Of a DNA stretch of 57,244 bases, positions 48,766 to 57,244 are shown piece by piece; position 1 is the stretch's first letter, and the number at the start of each line of letters is the position of its first letter. The position numbers and the translations under genes are program-made. Below the pieces are notes generated by a model. It searched no databases, was not told the DNA's origin, and saw only the letters and a program-made list of their open reading frames with translations. Where the stretch lies: the NCBI RefSeq assembly GCF_006345805.1, contig NW_021833632.1, positions 1 through 57,244 of the forward strand, given 5' to 3'. The stretch is from Octopus sinensis (Eukaryota).

Positions 48766-51725
48766 CAGGACAAAAGTCCCGTTCCTGAGAGACTTTGTTG
48801 CATGCAATCAAGCCTTATGCATAGCACTCACAGAAACGCATCTGAAACCGGACATAGCAGATGCGGAATTACACATACCACAGTATGTTGTACTACGGAC
48901 CGAGGAAAGAAAGAAGTCATGGAGGAGTTGCATGTACATCCGTGGGGACCTCACACCGCAGGTCCTTTTGTCATACTCAAACTCGGTGTGTGACACACAC
49001 TAATTGTACACATAAGGCAACTTGATGTAGGTGTGTGCTACATATCGCCTCCAGATGCCCCAAGTCATATGGCAAGTTTGAGGACTGCCTTTTAAAAATA
49101 GAAGAAGTTTAACCACATTAGAACAACACATAAGTGTACTTCTCATGGGGACTTCAATCTACCGAATGTCAGATGGCCCGAGGGCCTTTCTCTCCCAGGA
49201 ATGACAGATGTGAACGAGGACAGGCGAGGTCCCTCCTGAACCTCACAACACCCTGTACATGGAGCAAGTAATACTCCAACCAACCAGAGCAGGTAACACA
49301 CTAGATCTCTGCTTCACAAATAATATGGATCTCATCCATAATGTGAAGTGACACCGACACTACTCTCGGATCACAACATGTACGGGCCAAAAGAGAGCAC
49401 GAATGCAGCCTACAAGAAACCCTCAGACTCTTTCCAGCTTGAACTTCAATAAGGCAAACTGGAAACAAATTGAGAAAGAGATCCTCAAACAAAACTGGCC
49501 TGAATGTCTCTCCTCGCCGGACATCGACATGATACTTCAACAATTCATGTCTGTAATGCAAGCCATATGCTACAAATGTGTCCAGAGAGAAAGGCACTGT
49601 ACACAAGAACAAAATCCCCAGAGAGAGAAAAATTTAATGAGACGGCGTACAAAAATTTCAAATCGCCTAAAAAACATTGAAAAAGTCCCCGCCTGAAAAT
49701 AAAACTGTTGGAAATTGAAAATTGTCTGCAACTCTCCCATGAGAAGGAAAGAGCAGACAAGAAGCTGGGCTATAGACAACATAAAAACTAACCCCAGAGC
49801 TTTCTACAGCTATATGCCAAAGAAACAGCTACGGTGCACTGTAGGATAGGGCACTCTTGAAAAGGATGGCACACTCACAGGAAAACCAATGAGGGTAAGT
49901 GAAATACTGAATGAACAATTCAAGAGTGTTTTCACTCCACCCCTTGGGCATTTCCAAATCAGCAATCCAACTGACTTCTTTACCACTGCAGATATAGAAT
50001 CAGAGGCGGCGACGATAAATTACATCGATATAAAGGAAGACGATGTAATAAAGGCTATAGATGAAATGAAAATAGACTCCAGCTATTGGCCCCGATGGAT
50101 TCCCGGCAATCCTCCTAAAAGTAGTAAGAGAGTCTTAGCAAGACCACTGCAGTTCCTCTTTCAGAGCTTCCTTGCAGCTGGCAAACTTCCAAGAAAACTG
50201 AAGGAAGGTAAAATATGCCCTATTCATAAAGGAGGTAGCAGAGCGGAGGCCAAGAACTACAGACCTATCTCTCTGACCTCACACATCAGCAAGGTCATGG
50301 AACGAATAGTCAGAAGGAAACTAATCACCTTCCTTGAAGAAAATGACTTGCTGCCTGACAACCAACATGGTTTCCGACCAGGAAGAAGCTGCTTAACTCA
50401 GCTTCTGCAGCACTATGACTGGGTGCTGAAACAACTGCTCAACCACTCAAATGTGGAAGTCATATATCTCAACTTCGCAAAGGCCTTCGATAAAGTCGAT
50501 CATGGAATGATATGTCACAAACTGCGTGATCTTGGCATAGTTGGAAAACTAGGAGAATGGCTTCACGACTTTCTAAAGAATAGAAGTCCGGTGGTAGTAG
50601 CCAATGGGGCCACTTCCATTAGCACGCAAAAATAGTGAGCGGTGTTCCACAGGGCACTGTTTTGGGACCACTACTGTTCATAATGGCCCTCTCAGACATG
50701 CCCTCAGCCACGCGGAGAGCCACGATCACAAGTTATGCAGATGATACAAAAGTTTCACAGGCAATACAGAACCCTGAAGACACTAGGCACCTGCAATATG
50801 AGCTGGACGAAATATACAAGTGGGCTGAAAAGAATAGCATGCAGTTCAATGCTGAAAGTTTCAAGCTTTATACTATCAGCATGCATGCAAAATGAATGCA
50901 ATACCCAAGGAATACATGGACCCGGAGGGATTGCAATCCCAGAGGCACAATCAGTGCGTGACCTGGGTATTCACATGAGTGATGACGCGACCTTTCATGT
51001 ACATGTTGCTAAACTGACAATGAAATGCAGACGGCTGGCTGGATGGATTCTTAGAACCTTTAGAACAAGAGAACAAGAAACCATGATGGTCCTCTGGAAG
51101 ACACTTGTCCTAAGTCACTTTGACTATTGCTCTCAGCTATGGTCACCATCCAGTGTCAAGTTGATCACAGAACTTGAGGCGATCCAACGAAGCTACACGA
51201 AGAAGATAGCCTCTATGCAGAATGTAAGCTACTGGAAGACTCAAGAGATTAAAATTATATTCCCTGGAGCGTAGGCGGGAAGATATGCCATAATATACAT
51301 CTGGAAGATTATGGAGGGAAGTGTCCTGAACTTTGGCATCGAGAGTTACGCAAATGCCAGAACTGGGCGCCACTGCGTGGTGCCTAGGACTCCAAACTTG
51401 CCATCAAGATGTAGGACAAGATTCTGTGATAGCCTGGGCTTCCGAGCCCACAGCTCTTCAATATCCTCCCGATGAACCTGAGAGACCTGCATGGGGTGGA
51501 TACAGATGTCTTTAAAATGGAGCTGGATCTCTTCCTGTCAGGTGTCCAGATGAACCAACTTCACGGCAGGAGGGGCAGATGAGGGCCGCTGCATCGACTC
51601 TCTCATGCAACCAAATAAGCAGTTGCTAGAAACCTCCATGAAGTGAAAACAAGTAGCAACACCAAATGGCGGGGCCCAGCATGGCCACAGCTCATAAGCT
51701 GAAACTAGAATCAATCAATCAATCA
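48766..51725 (+). mobile_element. CR1-type LINE, 5'-truncated within the APE endonuclease, intact 3' end with (AATC)n tail
   Basis: GDFNLP, LDLCF, LSDH, NYRPISLTS, AKAFDKVDH, GVPQGTVLGP and YADD. Many 1-nt frameshifts. Inserted in (TA)n. Confidence 0.95.
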
Positions 51726-51889
51726 TATAATATTATATATTCTATATATATATATATATAGATATATATATATATTATAATCTAATATATATATATATAT
51801 CTAATTATATATATATATATCTAAATATATATATATATATATATAATATATATATCAATATATCTAATAATATATATATATATATATAT

Positions 51890-51929
<40 letters not shown>

Positions 51930-52340
51930 TCCGGTTTCGCAGAGGAAGGACGTGTTTGCCTATGCACTGTGAAAAAAACCCAGAAAGGTTGCATAAATTA
52001 GCGAAATAATCTACTGAAAGTAACAAAACGTAGAACTTTAACTCATAAAGTCTTCTAAAATACATTTATTAAAAATATGTTAATGAAAAACGTAATATAT
52101 TTTGCCTGAAGCCTAATGTAATACAGCAGGTTTATTTTCGCCGAAAAACGCACATGGTGGCAACTCATTAAATTAATATTTCTCCTGTAAGAAAGAAAAA
52201 GAAGCATTTTTCCTGTAAAGGAAAAGTAATTCCGTAAAGCACCTAGGTCTGGACTGCACCGTTCATGATAAGTATCGTTTTCATATTCTATTTCATATTT
52301 TATTTATTATTTTATTTCCCTTTAACTTAAGCTAGCATCT

Positions 52341-52680
52341 CCGTTAAAATTTACAAAGCCATCTTTGTTGACATTCTGAGAATAACTCTCAATTTCTGTT
52401 TCGCTTTCATACATCTATCTTCTTGTAATTAGTTTTAGAATTAAATAACTCCTTCTTTTCCTCACTTTAATCTCACTTTAATATATTTTAATATATTTTC
52501 CTCACTTCTTTCTTCCGTTAAAATTTACGAAGCCATCTTTGCTTACATTATGAGAATAACTGTCTTTCAATTTCTGTTTCGCTTTCATACATCTATCTTG
52601 TAATTAGTTTTAGAATTAAATAACTCCTTCTTTCCCTCACTTTAATATATTTTAATATATTTTCCTCACTTTCTTTCTTC
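52341..52680. repeat. Tandem duplication, ~175-bp unit x2
   Basis: CCGTTAAAATTTAC.AAGCCATCTTTG at 52341 and ~52515. Confidence 0.85.
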
Positions 52681-53047
52681 TACCTCCTCTCTCTCTCTCT
52701 CCGTATGTGTGTATGTATGTGCACGTGTATATATCGACATATACATAGACGCGAACTTTAATAATCTTTCCGTCTCTATTTCTAGAATCTATTATTTTTC
52801 TCAGCTTTCCTGTTATAATCTTTCATTTTCTTAATCTTCTTTTATTTCAGCTTGTAATTTCTCTCTTTCTTTTCTCTCCTCTGTCACTTTACTTCTCTCT
52901 ATCACACATCTATCTTCTTTCAGCCGTTCAATTCTTCCTTGTCTCTTCACTTCTCCACTTCTCTCTGTCACACAATCTTTCCTCTCTCAGCCTCTCAAGT
53001 TTTCTAAATATATAGTCGCGAACTTTCCTCACTTTCCTCTCTTCACT

Positions 53048-53622
53048 ATCTTCTCTCAGCTCTCAATCTCTCTAAATACACAGTCACTTTCTTTCTCTAT
53101 TTCTTCTCTACCCTCTATCACACTATTAAATTTTAAATTTAATTAGATAGATAAATTAGATAGATAAATAAATATAATTAGATAGATAAATTAGATATAA
53201 TAGATAGATATAAATAGATAGATAAATAGATATAATTAGATAGATAAATTAGATATAATAGATAGATATAATTAGATAGATAAATAGATATAATTAGATA
53301 GATAAATAAATAAAATATCTTCTTATCTTCTCTCAGCTCTCAATCTCTCTAAATACACAGTCACTTTCTTTCTCAATTTTTTCTCTACCCTCTATCACAC
53401 TATTAAATTTAAATATAATTAGATAGATAAATTAGATAGATAAATAAATATAATTAGATAGATAAATAGATAAAATTAGATAGATAAATAAATGAAATAT
53501 CCTTTTATCTTCTCTCAGCTCTCAATCTCTCAAAATACACAGTCACTTTCTTTCTCTACTTATTCTCTGCCCCCTATCACACTATTAAATTTTAAACATA
53601 ATTAGATAGATAAATAGATAGA
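53048..53622. repeat. Tandem array of 3 units, each with a CT-rich block and a variable (AGAT/AAAT)n block
   Basis: TATCTTCTCTCAGCTCTCAATCTCTC.AAATACACAGTCACTTTC at ~53048, ~53323 and ~53505. Confidence 0.85.
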
Positions 53623-53631
53623 GTATCCAAC

Positions 53632-56600
53632 ATGTCCAGAACCTGGCGTTGTTCGTACGAGCCTGGCAATGCTCCGACGGAGAAAACCCTAACAATATAA
53701 TTACAGCTGCGCTGAAGAGCGGTACTTATAAAATGACAATAGCTCAGATAGAGCAGAAGAAGCAGGAGTTCATACGCTCCTATGCACTTATACGATCTCA
53801 CATTGGCACGCTTGATGCCATCTTTGAGAACGAACAAAGTAAAGTTGGCAAGGATGGAGACACGGGTGCTGATGAAAGAAGTCACCCCCACCTAGTAGAC
53901 ACCGGGAAGAGGTTTCAAGTGAGAAACCTGCCGGGAAGTAAAACCAAGTGCAAGTGCTCCTACCAGCACCAAAAGCCCATCGAGATGAAAGAACCAAAGA
54001 AGAAATAAAAGGAGGAAAAACTAAAGAAAAACTCAAACAACCAAAAAAATGGAACAGCCAAGAATAGAAGTAAAACTGACTATCCATATACCAACAAAGG
54101 ATGGAAACAAACAGCGCACACGGGTGTGTAGGTTCTACCTGAGAGGTACCTGCTGGCATGGAGAGGAAGGTGCAGGCTGCCGTTTTGCACATCGGGGACC
54201 CTGCCGCAGAGACACGAAACAGATCAGAAACAACTAACAAAGGAAAAGGGATAGACCACGCACCACTGCCCCAAAACGGAGGTACGCAGATGTGGTGCGT
54301 GCCACAAACGGCCAACATGATGTTGTTGAAAGGCAGCTGCTGAACAAGAAATTTTTTGTGCATGGCACAAAAGATTGTACAGCAGCTAACCTGGCTCATC
54401 AAACCCAAGCTCGCAGATGGAACTACCCCAATATACAAGACCACCACAGCAAATAGACCCAAGGTGGACACAGCCGGGCAACAGCATATACCTCACCTCG
54501 ATGCTCCTACTGAACATCAGAGGACTGCAAACACTCAGTAACGGGACAAAAATCCGTTCTTGAGAGACTTTGTCGCATGCAATCAAGCCTTATGCATAGC
54601 AATTACGGAAACGCACCTGAAACCGACATAGCAGATCGGAATACACATACCACAGTATGTTGTACTACGGACCGACAGAAAAGAAAGGAGTCATGGAGGA
54701 GTTGCTATGTACATCCGTTGAGGACCTCACACCCCAGGTCCTTTTGTCATACTCAAACTCGGTGTGTGACACACTAATTGTACACATAAGGCAACTTGAT
54801 GTAGTTGTGTGTGCTACATATCGCCCTCCAATGCCCCAAGCCATGTAGGCAAGTTTGAAAGACTGCCTTATAAAAATAGAAGAGTTCTAATCACATTAGA
54901 ACAACGCATATGTGTACTTCTTATGGAGACGTCAATCTACCTAATTCAGATGGCCCGAGGGCCTTTCTCTCCCAGGAATGACAAATGTGAACGAGGACAA
55001 GCGAGGTCCCTCCTGAACCTCATCAACACCCTGTACATGGAGCAGTAATACTCCAACCAACCAGGGCAGTAACACACTAGATCTCTGCTTCACAAATAAT
55101 ATGGATCTCATCCATAATGTGAAAGTGACACTGACACTACTTCGGATCACACATGGTAGACCATGTACGGGCCAAAGGAAAGCATGGACATGCACCTACA
55201 AGAAACCCTCAGAGTCTTTCCAGCTTGAACTTCCATAAGGCAACTGGAAACAAATGAGAAAGAGATCCTAAAACAAAACTGGCCTGAATGTCTCTCCTCG
55301 CCAGACATCGACGTGAAACTTCAACAATTCATGTCTGTAATGCAAGCCATATGCTACAAATTGTCCCAGAGAGAAAGGCCACTGTACACAAGAACAAAAT
55401 CCCCAGTGAGAGGAAAATTTTAATGAGACGGCGTACAAAAATTTCAAATCGCCTAAACAAACAAATTGAAAGCAGTGAAAAGTCCCGCCTGAAAATAAAA
55501 CTGTTGGAAATTGAAAAATGTCTGCAACTCTCCCATGAAAAGGAAAGAGCAGACAAGAAGCCTGGGCTATAGACAACATAAAATCTAACCCCAGAGCTTT
55601 CTACAGGTATGCCAAAGAAACAGCTACGGTGCACTGTAGGATAGGACCACTCCTTGAAAAGGATGGCACACTCACAGGAAAACCATGAGGGTAAGTGAAA
55701 TACTGAATGAGCAATTCAAGAGTGTTTTCACTCCACCCCTTGGCATTTCCCAATCACCAATCCACTGACTTCTTTACCACTGCAGATATAAAATCAGAGG
55801 CAGCGACGATAGATTACATCGATATAAAGGAAGACGATGTAATAAAGGCTATAGATGAAATTAAAACAGACTCAGACTCACACTGGCCCCGATGGATTCC
55901 CGGCAATCCTCCTAAAAGTATGTAAAAGAGTCCTAGCAAGACCACTGCAGTTCCTCTTTCAGAGCTTCCTTGCAACTGGCAACTTCCAGAAAACTGAAGG
56001 AAGTAAAATATGCCCTATTCATAAAGGAGGTAGCAGAGCGGAGGCCAAGAACTACAGACCTATCTCTCTGACCTCACACATCAGCAAGGTCATGGAACGA
56101 ATAGTCAGAAGGAAACTGATCACCTTCCTTGAAGAAAATGACTTGCTGCCTGACACCCAACATGGTTTCCGACCAGGAAGAAGCTGCTTAACTCAGCTCC
56201 TACAACACTATGACTGGGTGCTGAAACGACTGCTCAACTACTCAAATGTGGAAGTCATATATCTCGACTTTGCAAAGGCCTTTGATAAAGTCGATCATGG
56301 AATGATATTTCACAAACTGCGTGATCTTAGCATAGTTGGAAAACTGGGAGAATGGCTTCATACTTTCTGAAAGATAGAAGTCAGGTGGTAGTAACCAATG
56401 GGGCCACTTCCATTAACACGCAAATAGTGAGCGGTGTTCCGCAGGGCACTGTTTTGGGACCACTACTGTTCATAATGGCCCTCTCAGACATGCCCAGCCA
56501 CGCAGAGAACCACGATCACAAGTTATGCAGATGATACAAAAGTTTCACAGGCAATACCGAACCCTGAGGACACTAAACGCCTGCAATGTGAGCTGGACAA

Positions 56601-57244
56601 ATATACAAGTGGGCTGAAAAGAATAGCATGCAGTTCAATGCTGAAAAGTTTCAAGCTTTATACTATCAGCATGCAAAACTAAATGCAATACCCAATGAAT
56701 ACACTGGAGCCGGAGGAATTACAATCCCAGAGGCACAATCAGTACGTGACCTGGGTATTTACATGAGTGATGACGCAACCTTTCGTGTACATGTTGCTAA
56801 ATTGGCAATGAAATGTAGACGACTAGCCGGATGGATTCTCAGAACCTTTAGAACAAGAGAACAAGAAACCATGATGGTCCTCTGGAGGACACATTGACTA
56901 TTGCTCTCAGCTATGGTCACCATCCAATGTCAAGTTGATCACAGAACTTGAGGCGATTCAACGTAGCTACACGAAGAAGATAGCCTCTATGCAGAATATA
57001 AGCTACTGGGAAAGACTCAAGAGATTAAAACTATATTCCTTGGAGCGTAGGCGAGAAAGATATGCCATAATATACATCTGGAAGATCATGGAGGGACTTG
57101 TCCCAAACTTTGGCATCAAGAGTTACACAAATGCCAGAACCGGGCGCCACTGCGTGGTGCCTAGGACTCCAAATTTTCATCAAGATGTAGGACAAGATAC
57201 TGTGATAGCCGGGCTTCCGAGGACCACAGCTCTTCAATATCTTC
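53632..57244 (+). mobile_element. CR1-type LINE with ORF1 (CCCH zinc finger) and ORF2 (APE and RT); runs off the window end
   Basis: ORF1 CRFYLRGTCWHGEEGAGCRFAH; ORF2 starts MLLLNIRGL at ~54501; near-identical to 48766-51725 from 54543 onward; frameshifted. Confidence 0.93.

Noticed and set aside
53048-53622. CRISPR-like repeat-spacer pattern
   Set aside because: Eukaryotic context; the spacers are simple (AGAT)n repeats and there are no cas genes.

Overview
AT-rich, microsatellite-laden eukaryotic genomic DNA. The SINE families and repeat style suggest a cephalopod, most likely Octopus (inference). One host gene is supported: the 5' part of a chitin synthase on the minus strand, with four confident GT-AG exons in consistent phase (13773-13882, 12152-12278, 7907-8053, 4059-4975) and two tentative upstream exons. 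The catalytic exons lie beyond position 1. The rest is transposon-derived: about 25 tRNA-type SINEs, CR1-type, RTE and Dong/R4 LINE pieces, three Tc1 elements, MITEs, Helitron remnants, and Penelope-like element (PLE) fragments. The most notable signal is 14 hammerhead-ribozyme (HHR)-like motifs found by eye, all in PLE-type or non-autonomous repeats next to (TA)n or (TAA)n tracts. Two of them (minus strand, 9583-9644 and 40103-40166) have their three strands in a non-circularly permuted, pseudoknotted order. Compensatory changes between the two divergent copies and a co-conserved upstream hairpin support this fold. Other observations: a recurrent CUG-U-N-GA core variant, a ~250-bp inverted repeat with a ribozyme on each arm, a 121-bp copy of chitin-synthase exon sequence between 16-bp direct repeats, and a 3' tail shared by a SINE family and the CR1-type LINE. 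Most ORFs in the supplied track are microsatellite artefacts. All folds were done by eye and no activity is demonstrated.
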